The translations under genes were made by a program, and so were the position numbers. From Halarcobacter sp. (GTDB lineage: Bacteria; Campylobacterota; Campylobacteria; Campylobacterales; Arcobacteraceae), in contig OY781089.1 in the NCBI GenBank assembly GCA_963676565.1, forward strand, positions 928,001 through 992,000: a stretch of DNA of 64,000 bases, read 5' to 3'. Positions within the stretch are counted from its first letter, which is position 1, and the number at the start of each line of letters is the position of its first letter. Under the pieces are notes generated by a model that saw only the letters and a program-made list of their open reading frames with translations, had not been told where the DNA came from and ran no database searches. Positions 20,401 through 29,298 of the stretch are shown here, piece by piece.

Positions 20401-20605
20401 TCCTGAAATTAAAATTGATTCAGACATTTTAATTGATGTATTAATAGGACATGCAGTAAGATTGGCTTGGCAAAAAGAGCATGAAAATGAAAATTATGAT
20501 GAGCAAAAAGGTCAAGCATGGAGTGCCTTTTATGAACTTTCACCAAAGAAAACAGATGAGTTTTTTATTGAAAGTTTTATGCATTTACTAACATTAAAGG
20601 ATTAG
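17432..20605 (+). CDS. Glycoside hydrolase family 15 / phosphorylase b kinase alpha-beta-like protein
   Basis: QDPITGLLPAS, AWVRDNVYS, WGHLQLDATS, PDFGIWERG, LPRESSSKE.DAALL, EWPLF, PLVWAQS. Confidence 0.9.
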   Translation: MNTKNNDSLLDEYFNSIEKIILSRQDPITGLLPASTAITAHGDYTDAWVRDNVYSILCVWGLSLSYKKYDPDHFRTYYLGQSVVKLMRGLLLSMMKQSDKVERFKHTLNPTDALHAKYGTKTGLPVVGDDEWGHLQLDATSIFILMLTQMIASGLRIVYSIDEVNFVQNLVHYISRTYCTPDFGIWERGHKINTGNAEINCSSVGMAKAALEAIDGFNLFGNVSSKESIIHVIPSDVARSRFTLYNLLPRESSSKETDAALLSIIGFPAYAIEDKQIVKKTKDKILKKLLGNYGCKRFLLDGHQSFLEDHTRLHYEVDELREFENIESEWPLFFTYLLLDSLMQGDKEEAKYWRDKLETLFVEVDGVKLLPELYIVPKDLIDAEKQNPGSQKRVPNENIPLVWAQSLFLLSDMIQNDLLTPSDIDPLNRRKRIGHKRKTYPMVTFLSENEIVKQELLNLGFESETFEDLKPLKIMHASQLSEVQNLIGKNDKLGLSGRPSWVPRSITTARLYILAGEKILFLPYYFNPKGFYFSHDNKFLVEQFKASLIFLANHWDQAGQPILPFLIREDMLNDINRDKVLKLLNELQNGSIEGFEIKTAPLGQLLNTAAVERVQNLHGFELKSFEANSDNRTFYSTSLLGCDAKNSEENLSSYNFKDDNELQNLLNENISLKAKAHIIEILYSRFGFDYKVQSEDKYIDLKSLAQYYYENGSNCHNWAVVRKMADILEIFDDRLEDSLLEVIIRQKRLAVGRAYSESATFSKPLESFNILKTIKESCGENSAENVLTQEILLHIGHLIRIEPKLFENMITIRTWYLVQLLVSNISRENSVPIGDAYEYLLSLAPHAVYDNLRVILESFSNEVGMMKQNENIQASGVEDIQKISTPNEKVEIEMDKDWAIWRKNIGMIGSTNSQFYKGVWYLLQQCNGLVIGDKYNQYNRMGSDLTLDTTAGERNFELRVDSLLQSIKASEYRQLNIEALQSLSRVFKENPEIKIDSDILIDVLIGHAVRLAWQKEHENENYDEQKGQAWSAFYELSPKKTDEFFIESFMHLLTLKD

Positions 20606-20607
20606 AG

Positions 20608-21594
20608 GTGATTTTAGCTGGAGATATTGGAGGGACTAAAACAAATCTTGCTTTATTTGAGTTAGTTGATGGAAAGTTAGAAACTATTGTTCAAGAACAA
20701 TTTGCAAGTAAAGATTATGGTAAATTTATGGATTTAATCATAGCTTTTAAAGAGAAAAATGCCATAGAACAAATTGAAGCTTTATGTTTAGGAATTGCAG
20801 GTCCTATTATTGATGAAAGGTGTAGGACTACAAATCTTCCTTGGGATATAAAAGCAAGTGAACTAAAAGAAGAGTTTGGAATATCTAGCGTTAAACTTTT
20901 AAATGATCTTGAATCAACAGCCTATGGAATGCTTTATTTAGATGAAGAAGAGTTTATAAATCTAAATCCAACGGGAAGAAAGAAAAAGGGAAATATAGCT
21001 GTAATTGCCGCAGGAACTGGATTAGGTGAAGCGATTTTATATTTTGATGGTAAAGGTTACAACCCTATTGGAACAGAGGGAGGTCATACTGATTTTGCTC
21101 CAATTACATCACAACAAGATGAGTTATTAAGCTGGTTAAGACGTAGATATCCTGGACATGTAAGTTATGAAAGAATTGTTTCTGGAATTGGAATTTATAC
21201 CTTATATGAGTTTTTAGCAGAAACAAATTTTGCTCCTCAACCACAAGCTATGTTAAACTTAGAAGATGGTGTAGATAAAAGTGCAATGGTAAGTTGTTGT
21301 GCTTTAGAGCAAAATGATCCATTATGTTTAGAAGCATTAAGAATTTTTGCAGAGATTTATGCCGCTGAAGCTGGTAATTTAGCCTTAAAATCTATGTCTT
21401 TAGGTGGAGTTTATATTGGTGGTGGTATTGCTCCAAAAATTTTGCCAATCATAAAAAGTGAGTATTTTTTAAATGCTTTTTTTAGCAAGGGTAGATTTGA
21501 AGATTTACTTAGGGTTATGGAATTAAAAGTATCACTTAATCAAGAGACAGCTTTAATTGGAAGTGCTAGATATGCCTTTGATAAATTAGTCTAA
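20608..21594 (+). CDS. glk: Glucokinase (E. coli Glk type)
   Basis: AGDIGGT, TNLPW, LLND, GTGLG, TEGGH, GGVYIGGGI, SKGRF; GTG start. Confidence 0.93.
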   Translation: MILAGDIGGTKTNLALFELVDGKLETIVQEQFASKDYGKFMDLIIAFKEKNAIEQIEALCLGIAGPIIDERCRTTNLPWDIKASELKEEFGISSVKLLNDLESTAYGMLYLDEEEFINLNPTGRKKKGNIAVIAAGTGLGEAILYFDGKGYNPIGTEGGHTDFAPITSQQDELLSWLRRRYPGHVSYERIVSGIGIYTLYEFLAETNFAPQPQAMLNLEDGVDKSAMVSCCALEQNDPLCLEALRIFAEIYAAEAGNLALKSMSLGGVYIGGGIAPKILPIIKSEYFLNAFFSKGRFEDLLRVMELKVSLNQETALIGSARYAFDKLV

Positions 21595-21606
21595 AGATAA
21601 ATATAG

Positions 21607-24372
21607 TTGAAATTAATTACAAACAATCAAAACTCAAACTTTTATAATCATATCTCTTCTTTGTTGAGTGAGTGTGACAGTTTTATTTTTAATGTTGCTT
21701 TTATAAACTTTTCTGGTGTTCAATTACTTTTAGATATTTTTAAACAACTTGACAACAAAGGGATAAAAGGTAAAATCCTAAGTTCTACATATCTAAATTT
21801 TACAGAAGTTAAAGCCTTAGAAAAATTAAAAGAGTTCAAAAATATTGAACTTAAAATATATGATAGTAGTGAGATTGGTTTCCATGCAAAAGCTTATATT
21901 TTTGAATTTAAAGATGACTATAAAATTGTTCTAGGTTCTTCAAATATAACCTCAAGTGCTTTTAAAAAGAACATTGAGTGGAATCTTAAAACAATACTAA
22001 AAAAAGATGCCGAATTTTCAAATGAAATTTTAAATGAGTTTAATCAACTTTGGAAACAATCAACAATCGTTGATGAAGCTTTTTTAAACTCATATCGAAG
22101 TTATAAAAAACAAATTCAAAACAGTTTCAAAAGTTTTAGCTCTCAAAAACAGATTCTTGCAAACTTTATGCAAGAAAAGGCTTTAGAAAAATTAGATTTT
22201 TTAAGACAAAAAGGTGAAAAAAAAGCTTTAGCAATCGCTGCAACAGGTTCAGGGAAAACATATCTTTCAGCCCTTGATGTAAAAGCCTTTAAACCTAAAA
22301 AAATCTTATTTATAGTTCATAGAGAAAATATATTATTAAAAGCAAAACAAAGTTTTGAATCTTTGATTAGTGATTTTTCATGTGGTTTATTTACTGGAAA
22401 TAAAAAAGAAAATTGTGATTATCTTTTTGCAACAATACAAACCCTTAGCTCAAATTATAAAAATTTTAAAAAAGATGAATTTGAATATATAATTGTTGAT
22501 GAAGCCCATCACATAACAAGTGCTAGCTATGAAAAAGTTATTGCTTATTTTACTCCTAAATTTTTATTGGGCTTAACTGCAACACCAAATAGAATGGATA
22601 AAGAATCGATATATGAAGTTTTTGATGAAAATATAGCCTGTGATATTAGATTAAATGATGCCCTTGAATCTAATTTAATTAGTTCTTTTCACTATTTTGG
22701 AATAAGTGATATAAAGACAATTGATTATTCAAATATCAACTTAAAAGATATTCAAAGTTTATCAAAACTTTTAATGGTAAATTCAAGGGTTGATTTTATT
22801 ATAGAGAAGATGAACTTCTATGGATACTCAGGGGAAAAAAGAAAAGTTCTTGGGTTTTGTGTGTCAAAAGAACATGCAAAATTTATGAGTGAAGAGTTTA
22901 ATAAAAAGGGAATAAATTCAACATATCTTACTAGTAATGATAATATTTTGCATAGGGAAAAAATCATTGAAAGATTAGAAGATAAAGAAGACTCTTTAGA
23001 GGTTGTTTTTTCTGTTGATATTTTTAATGAAGGTGTTGATATCCCCTCTATTAATACTGTTTTAATGCTCAGACCAACAAACTCTCCCATTGTTTTTACT
23101 CAACAATTAGGAAGGGGCTTACGAAAAGTGAAGGGGAAAGAGTTTTTAACACTTTTAGATTTTATAGGAAATCATAATAGAGCATATTTAATAGCAATTG
23201 CTTTAAATGGCAATAGAATAATTGATAAAGAGAGCGTGAAGTTTTCTATTTTAAATGATTTTGCAAATATGAAAAATGCCCATATTTTGATGGATGAAAT
23301 CTCTAAAAAAAGGATTTTGGAACAAATTAGTAAAGAAAATTTTAATGCCTCTAAGTATTTAAAAGAGCAGTATTATGAGTTTAAAGCAAATTTAGGAAAT
23401 AAAATCCCTATGTTAGTTGATTATATAAATTATGATGAATTTATTTCTCCACTAAATTTCATAAGTGATTCAAAATCATATATTGAGTTTTTAAATAAAG
23501 TAGAAAAAGATGAAAATTTTAAACTTCTTTGTGAAGATGAAAATTTTTTAAAAGCAAGTAGATTTTTACAAGGATTACTCCCTATAAAAAGGATTTATGA
23601 GTTTGCCATTTTAAAATATCTTATTTCAAATGAGTCATGCGATATTGAAAGAATAAGTGGTTTTATAAATAAATATTTAGAAAAAGTTTCAAAAAGAACA
23701 ATTGAACATGCCTTTTCTTTTTTAAATCAAGAGTATTTCGATTCAGCTCAAATCTCAAGATTTTTAAAACTTGTTGAATTAAGAGATAAAAAACTTTTTA
23801 AAACTAAAGAGTTTGAAGAGATATTAAAAGATAAAAGAAAAAAAGAGTTTATTGAAGATAGTTTAAAGTATGGGATATTAAGTTATGAAGAATCATTTGG
23901 AATAAAAGATTATGGGATGCCATTTTTAAAACTTTATGAAAAATATAATATGTTAAATATTGCCCAATTATGTAATTTCAATAAAATACATAGTTCATTT
24001 AGAGGAAGTGGTTTTTTAAAATTTGAAAACGACTTTTTTTTATTTATAACTTTAGAAAAAGATAAGTATTCAAAGGCATCAAAATATATAAATACTTTTT
24101 TTGATAAGCAACATTTCTCATATGTTAGTAAACCTTCCCATTCTCAAGATAGAGGGGATGGTCAAAGGTTATGTGATAATAAAAAATATGGGGTAAAACT
24201 TCACATTTTTATTAGAAAATTTTCCCATGTAGATAAAAAAGTTCAACCATTTATCTATTTAGGTTTAGCAAATTGTGTTGAGTATAAAGATAATAAGCCT
24301 ATAAATACTATTCTAAAATTGCAGAACTCTTTAACTGATAGTTTATATCATGAATTTACTAAGATTCTGTAA
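21607..24372 (+). CDS. PLD-nuclease / SF2 helicase / DUF3427-like C-terminal domain protein
   Basis: HAKAYIF..GSSN (HKD-like), ATGSGKT, DEAHH, TATP, FNEGVDIP, QQLGRGLR; TTG start. Confidence 0.88.
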   Translation: MKLITNNQNSNFYNHISSLLSECDSFIFNVAFINFSGVQLLLDIFKQLDNKGIKGKILSSTYLNFTEVKALEKLKEFKNIELKIYDSSEIGFHAKAYIFEFKDDYKIVLGSSNITSSAFKKNIEWNLKTILKKDAEFSNEILNEFNQLWKQSTIVDEAFLNSYRSYKKQIQNSFKSFSSQKQILANFMQEKALEKLDFLRQKGEKKALAIAATGSGKTYLSALDVKAFKPKKILFIVHRENILLKAKQSFESLISDFSCGLFTGNKKENCDYLFATIQTLSSNYKNFKKDEFEYIIVDEAHHITSASYEKVIAYFTPKFLLGLTATPNRMDKESIYEVFDENIACDIRLNDALESNLISSFHYFGISDIKTIDYSNINLKDIQSLSKLLMVNSRVDFIIEKMNFYGYSGEKRKVLGFCVSKEHAKFMSEEFNKKGINSTYLTSNDNILHREKIIERLEDKEDSLEVVFSVDIFNEGVDIPSINTVLMLRPTNSPIVFTQQLGRGLRKVKGKEFLTLLDFIGNHNRAYLIAIALNGNRIIDKESVKFSILNDFANMKNAHILMDEISKKRILEQISKENFNASKYLKEQYYEFKANLGNKIPMLVDYINYDEFISPLNFISDSKSYIEFLNKVEKDENFKLLCEDENFLKASRFLQGLLPIKRIYEFAILKYLISNESCDIERISGFINKYLEKVSKRTIEHAFSFLNQEYFDSAQISRFLKLVELRDKKLFKTKEFEEILKDKRKKEFIEDSLKYGILSYEESFGIKDYGMPFLKLYEKYNMLNIAQLCNFNKIHSSFRGSGFLKFENDFFLFITLEKDKYSKASKYINTFFDKQHFSYVSKPSHSQDRGDGQRLCDNKKYGVKLHIFIRKFSHVDKKVQPFIYLGLANCVEYKDNKPINTILKLQNSLTDSLYHEFTKIL

Positions 24373-24376
24373 GTTA

Positions 24377-26155
24377 TTATGAAAGGTTTAATTTTATGGT
24401 AAAAATAGCTCCATCTTTTCCATTTTTAACTTCAAGTTTACCGTTTAAGTGTTTTTCAATCATTGTTTTACTCATATAAAGCCCTAGTCCTGTACCTTGA
24501 TATTGATGCTTAGTTGTAAAATAAGGATCAAAGATTTTTGTCATGATATCTTTACTAATACCACCTCCATTGTCTTCAACTATTATAATTAGATAATTCT
24601 TTTCAGTTTTTTGAGTAATTTTAATCCAGCCATTATTGATTTTATTTTGAACTATTGCATCTTTTGAATTATTTATTAAATTTATAACAACTTGAGAAAG
24701 CTCGCCGCTAATCATTTTTAATGTTATTGGATTATCATAATCTATTTCATTTATCAATTTAATATGATGACTAGAAATTGTAGCACTAACAATGTTTATA
24801 CATTCATCAAGTTTTTCTTGAATGTTAACATCTTTTAAAGCCTTTTCTTCTTTTATAAAATCTCTGAAAATATCTATGGTTTTTGATAGATGTTTTGTAT
24901 TTTCAACTATTAGATCCATTTGTTTAGGTATATCTTTTATATCTAATATATTATATTCATAATTTATTTTTAGGCCACTTGCAACGGTACTTATAGCACT
25001 TAGTGGTTGCCTCCACTGATGGGCTATATTTCCTAACATCTCACCCATTTGGGCCAGTTTAGCTTGTTCTAAAATCTGTTTATCTTTTTGCATCATCTCA
25101 CGAAGTTTTTCTTTATCCATGATATTGGTTACTTTTTGCTGATAAAATAGTAAAACTAATGCTAGATAAAACAGAATAAAAAGGGTTGAAAAGGCTTCAT
25201 AATTATCATTAAACAATCCAATTGTTGAACCCTTTGTCAAAATAGATATAAACCCTTGATTTTTGTTAGTTATACTATCTATCAAAGGTATGATGGTTGC
25301 AATAGTTTTTTTATCTTCAATATAATAAGATCCAGGTACATTCTTTTTCCCAATATTGTATAGTATATTGGTGATTCTCTCTTCAGGTTTTAACCCATCA
25401 AGGTTTTTTGAAAATTTATTCTGAATCTCTTTTAAAATAAGAACATTATGTAAAAAACCTTTTTGGTGAGCATCTTTATATAGTTTTGATTCTTTTATAT
25501 ATTCTGCATTAAATAATTCTTTTCTTAGAATAATATTTGCTATAACATTGTATTGCTTCATCAATAAAGAACTTATTGCTTGCTCATTAAAAGTGATTAT
25601 CATTGCAGCTAAGAGTTTATTCTCTTCTATTATTGGAAAAACGAATTTAAGACCTGAAGTATTGTCTCTAATTTCAAAGGTACTTTGGGGAACTCTAGTC
25701 CATTTAAGTTTTTTAAATAATGTCCTATTGTCTGAAATCTTATAATCATTTTTTAAAGGGTTTTTCATATCTAAAAACATTGTCCCATCATTGAGAATAA
25801 ATTCGATATTTGAAACATGTTTTTGTCTTAAAGTTTTAAATCTTCCTAGTGTTTCAATAAAAATAAGTTTTCTTAATTGATCTTTTTCTTCTTTTGATTT
25901 TTCTTGTATATTTTCAAGTTTTTTATCAAGACTTGAATTGGTTAATATCCCAGAAAAGATTATATTTGCGAGCTCTTGATGTTGCTCATAAATGATTTTA
26001 TAAACCTTTGTATAACTAAATGTTTTTTCATACAAAAATTTTTCTTTATTTAAATTTTTTACAAACTCTAAAAAATATAAGGTAGAAAAGCTTAGTATTA
26101 GAAAAATGATAAAATATTTTATTTTTGTTTTTTTTATGAGAGATTTAGAATCGAT
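24377..26155 (-). CDS. Membrane sensor histidine kinase (no adjacent response regulator); start uncertain
   Basis: IAHQWRQPL H-box, NLINNSKD, DNGGG, FTTK, GTGLGLY; frame extends 40 codons above TTG 26035 to ATC 26155 and includes a TM segment. Confidence 0.85.
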   Translation of the reverse strand: MDSKSLIKKTKIKYFIIFLILSFSTLYFLEFVKNLNKEKFLYEKTFSYTKVYKIIYEQHQELANIIFSGILTNSSLDKKLENIQEKSKEEKDQLRKLIFIETLGRFKTLRQKHVSNIEFILNDGTMFLDMKNPLKNDYKISDNRTLFKKLKWTRVPQSTFEIRDNTSGLKFVFPIIEENKLLAAMIITFNEQAISSLLMKQYNVIANIILRKELFNAEYIKESKLYKDAHQKGFLHNVLILKEIQNKFSKNLDGLKPEERITNILYNIGKKNVPGSYYIEDKKTIATIIPLIDSITNKNQGFISILTKGSTIGLFNDNYEAFSTLFILFYLALVLLFYQQKVTNIMDKEKLREMMQKDKQILEQAKLAQMGEMLGNIAHQWRQPLSAISTVASGLKINYEYNILDIKDIPKQMDLIVENTKHLSKTIDIFRDFIKEEKALKDVNIQEKLDECINIVSATISSHHIKLINEIDYDNPITLKMISGELSQVVINLINNSKDAIVQNKINNGWIKITQKTEKNYLIIIVEDNGGGISKDIMTKIFDPYFTTKHQYQGTGLGLYMSKTMIEKHLNGKLEVKNGKDGAIFTIKLNLS

Positions 26156-26179
26156 TATTTCCCCTTAATTATAATTAAA

Positions 26180-26683
26180 CTAATTATAACTAATTTTGTT
26201 TAAAACTTTTTCTAAATCGCCATGAAAAATCTTAGAAATTGAGCATGAAAGCATAAGATTTAGTGGGTAGTTAAAATCCTCAATCGCTTTTCCATTTTTG
26301 TCATAAAAGGTATTGTTTTCAAGTACTTTTTCTTCTTCACTAAATTGATCTATATAGTTTTTTTCTCTTGATAAATAAGCATAAACTTCCTTCCCTAATG
26401 CATAAGCGTAACCACATTCCCAAACTGTACCACTATCGCTTTCTTTTCCTCTAAAAGAATCTAAGTTTGCAATCACAATATCACATTCATCAATCATTTT
26501 TTTATTTGCTAAAAAAATATCTTGGGCGATTTTTTGTTTCTCTTGATTGAAGTTAACTACATTATCAAGGGGATATAATCCTTCATATCCATATTTTTCA
26601 CATAAATTAACATAATGTTTTCCAAGTTCAATTGAGTTCTTTTCAAAAACATCTGGACCTGCCAAATATATTTTCTTCTTCAT
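26180..26683 (-). CDS. Nucleoside 2-deoxyribosyltransferase family protein
   Basis: IYLAGPDVF, FRG.E.DSGTVWECGYA, NLML. Confidence 0.9.
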   Translation of the reverse strand: MKKKIYLAGPDVFEKNSIELGKHYVNLCEKYGYEGLYPLDNVVNFNQEKQKIAQDIFLANKKMIDECDIVIANLDSFRGKESDSGTVWECGYAYALGKEVYAYLSREKNYIDQFSEEEKVLENNTFYDKNGKAIEDFNYPLNLMLSCSISKIFHGDLEKVLNKISYN

Positions 26684-26697
26684 TTTATTTTTCACTT

Positions 26698-27045
26698 TTA
26701 TTTCTTTTTCCCATATTCTATTTTTTCCCCATTTTCATCAAAAAGTGGGTATTTTTTTTCATTTAGTTTCATTTTTTCTAATATTGCTTCTTCTAAATCA
26801 ATATTCAAATCCATGCACATCCTAATTAAGTAAACAGCAATATCAGCAATCTCTTGCTTTGCATGTTCTTTTTTCTTTTCATCTAGGGATGAAGCTTGTT
26901 CTAAAGTAAGCCATTGGAAAATTTCTAGAAGTTCAGAAGCCTCAACACTAAGTGCCATTGAAAGGTTTTTAGGGTTATGAAATTTATCCCAATCCCTTTG
27001 TTGTGAAAATTCACTAATGATACTTTGAATTTTTTTCATATTCAT
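26698..27045 (-). CDS. MazG-like nucleotide pyrophosphohydrolase (dCTP pyrophosphatase type)
   Basis: RDWDKFHNPKNL, EASELLEIFQW, EIADI, NEKKYP. Confidence 0.9.
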   Translation of the reverse strand: MNMKKIQSIISEFSQQRDWDKFHNPKNLSMALSVEASELLEIFQWLTLEQASSLDEKKKEHAKQEIADIAVYLIRMCMDLNIDLEEAILEKMKLNEKKYPLFDENGEKIEYGKKK

Positions 27046-27101
27046 TTTAAAGCCTTTGAAATAGTATGATTGTATAATAGCGAAAATTCAACTAAAGAAA
27101 A

Positions 27102-28106
27102 GTGATGACAAAAAGAGAATTTATCCAAACACATAAACCAATTGATTTTAAGTTTTATCAAAATGAAGATGACTTTAAAGTTTTAGAAAAGCCAATAAAA
27201 TTTACAGATCGTGGTAATTTTATTATTATGAAAATTAAAAAAAGAAATCTAGGAACTTGGGATTTGTTAGATTCTTTGGCAAAAGGATTAAGAGTTTATG
27301 AAAGTGAGTTGGGTTATGCAGGACTAAAAGATAAAAATGCAACAACAACTCAATATATCTCAATTCCAAGAAAATATGTTAAAGATTTAAAAAAGTTTAG
27401 ACATCCAAAAATTGAGATTTTAGAGACTTTTTTACATAGTACTAAATTAAATATTGGGGATTTGATTTCAAACTCCTTTGAGATTAACTTACATGAAGTT
27501 AAACAAGAAGATATTTACAAAATTGAAAAGTTATTAAAGCAAATTAGTAAAATTGGAATGCCTAATTATTTTGGGTATCAAAGGTTTGGTTTTGATGGGG
27601 ATGAAAATCTTGATAAAGCAAGAAAATATATATATGAAGATTTGATTATTAAAGATAAAAAAATCTCTAAAATGCTAGTTGCTCAATACCAAAGTGATTT
27701 TTTTAATAAGTGGCTTGTCCAAAGATTAAAATTATCAAATGATGAGTTTAAAATTCTTTCTGGGGATGTATTTAGAGTTTATAAAACTGATAAGTTTTTT
27801 ACCCCTAAAAATTTAACGGATGTTATTTTAGAAGATTTTAAAGATAAAAAGATAGTTCCAACTGGTTTACTTCCAGGACGACAAGCTTTTAGGGCAATAA
27901 ATGAAGCTAGAGAGATTGAAGAAAAATTTGATGATACTTATATTCAGGAAAAAGGTTTTAGACGAGATGCGATAGTTTATCCAACAGATATAAGTGTTAA
28001 ATTTGATAAGGAAACTTCAAAGTGTAAAGTTAAATTTACACTTCCTAAAGCTTCTTATGCAACTGTTTTAATAGAAAATATTGCAAATAGAAATCTAAGA
28101 GTTTAA
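27102..28106 (+). CDS. truD: tRNA pseudouridine(13) synthase
   Basis: DFKVLE, YAGLKDKNATTTQ, PNYFGYQRFG, FTLPKASYAT. Confidence 0.95.
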   Translation: MMTKREFIQTHKPIDFKFYQNEDDFKVLEKPIKFTDRGNFIIMKIKKRNLGTWDLLDSLAKGLRVYESELGYAGLKDKNATTTQYISIPRKYVKDLKKFRHPKIEILETFLHSTKLNIGDLISNSFEINLHEVKQEDIYKIEKLLKQISKIGMPNYFGYQRFGFDGDENLDKARKYIYEDLIIKDKKISKMLVAQYQSDFFNKWLVQRLKLSNDEFKILSGDVFRVYKTDKFFTPKNLTDVILEDFKDKKIVPTGLLPGRQAFRAINEAREIEEKFDDTYIQEKGFRRDAIVYPTDISVKFDKETSKCKVKFTLPKASYATVLIENIANRNLRV

Positions 28107-28110
28107 ACTC

Positions 28111-29127
28111 TTAGATTTTATCAGATAGATCAATATTAATCCCTGCATCAATTAATTCTTGTTGTCTAGGACCTAAATAATCTAAAAATGTTGGATATTC
28201 TTTATAGTATCCACCACTTACGTATCTAAATAGCTCTTTAAAGTGGAAACTAAATAAAAGTGCATCGATTCTTGCTATCTCTTTTTTATTGTCAAAAAGT
28301 AAAATTCCTGGTCTATAATCTAAAGTAATCTGCTTTGCCCAATCATATGGTGTTGTAGTTGTCCCATCAGGAGTTATAATCTTTTCTTTTGAGGTTGCAT
28401 CAAGTCTTACAACAGTATATTTAGCCATCTCTTTTTGTACATCTTTATTTTTGTAAGTTGTGTTATACATATAGTCACATTGAGTACAACTTCCATCTTC
28501 AAAAATAACAGCTAAAGGTGAATCTATTTTTGATAAATCAGTGATATTCTTATAAATAGGATTATCTTTTAAAGTATAAAAAGTTTTGTTTTTAACTTTT
28601 TCTAAATAAGTTGTTAATTCCATATTTTTATACTCTTTGTTTTTTACATAATCAAGTATAAGTTTAAAGTTTGGTTCTGATCTGTAACCATTTACTCTAA
28701 CAACTTGTTCATTATCTTGGTTTAGAAAGATAATTGTTGGTGTATACATAACTTTTAAGTAGTCAGCATACTCTTTTTCAGTCATTCTTTGATCTTCATT
28801 TAAAGCTAATTCTCTACTTCCTTTAATATTAATTCCAATTACATCAAAATTGTTTTCAATATATTCTTGGTTTTTTGCTCCCACTTTGAAGTTATCATCA
28901 AGCATCTTTGTACAATATGGACAAAAATCAAGACTTAAAAACAAAATTACATGCTTATCTTCTCCCTTTGCTTCTTCAATATCTTCCCCAATATCTAGAA
29001 AACTTTCTTTAAACCAACTTGGCCACTCATGGTAAGAACCACCAGTAACTTTCCCTTTTTCATTTGCGTTTAGATTAGTTAAGAACATTGAAGCAATAAA
29101 AATTAAAGCTAATAGTTTTTTTAACAT
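28111..29127 (-). CDS. Exported tandem thioredoxin-fold protein (SoxW-like)
   Basis: Signal peptide; WFKESFLD; CPYC and CTQC; YTPT cis-Pro loop. Confidence 0.8.
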   Translation of the reverse strand: MLKKLLALIFIASMFLTNLNANEKGKVTGGSYHEWPSWFKESFLDIGEDIEEAKGEDKHVILFLSLDFCPYCTKMLDDNFKVGAKNQEYIENNFDVIGINIKGSRELALNEDQRMTEKEYADYLKVMYTPTIIFLNQDNEQVVRVNGYRSEPNFKLILDYVKNKEYKNMELTTYLEKVKNKTFYTLKDNPIYKNITDLSKIDSPLAVIFEDGSCTQCDYMYNTTYKNKDVQKEMAKYTVVRLDATSKEKIITPDGTTTTPYDWAKQITLDYRPGILLFDNKKEIARIDALLFSFHFKELFRYVSGGYYKEYPTFLDYLGPRQQELIDAGINIDLSDKI

Positions 29128-29260
29128 TCCGTCATCTCCCTTTTTTAGTTTATAAGGAAAATAGTAGATTAACTCTACTTAAAAAGAATGATAAAAAATA
29201 TTTATAAAACTTATATAAGTATAGTTTAAAATTAGTAGTGTCTTTTTGTATCAATTTTTC

Positions 29261-29293
29261 AAAAAGAAGAGTCTATTAGTTAGACTCTTCTTT
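29261..29293 (-). terminator. Rho-independent terminator of ccp
   Basis: AAAGAAGAGTCTA-N5-TAGACTCTTCTTT with a U tract on the minus strand. Confidence 0.75.
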
Positions 29294-29298
29294 AATTT

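Noticed and set aside
21607..24372. Type III restriction-modification Res subunit
   Set aside because: No Mod methyltransferase nearby; the nuclease is N-terminal PLD type
28111..29127. Sulfur-oxidation (sox) cluster suggested by the SoxW-like protein
   Set aside because: No other sox genes in the window; the thioredoxin fold is generic
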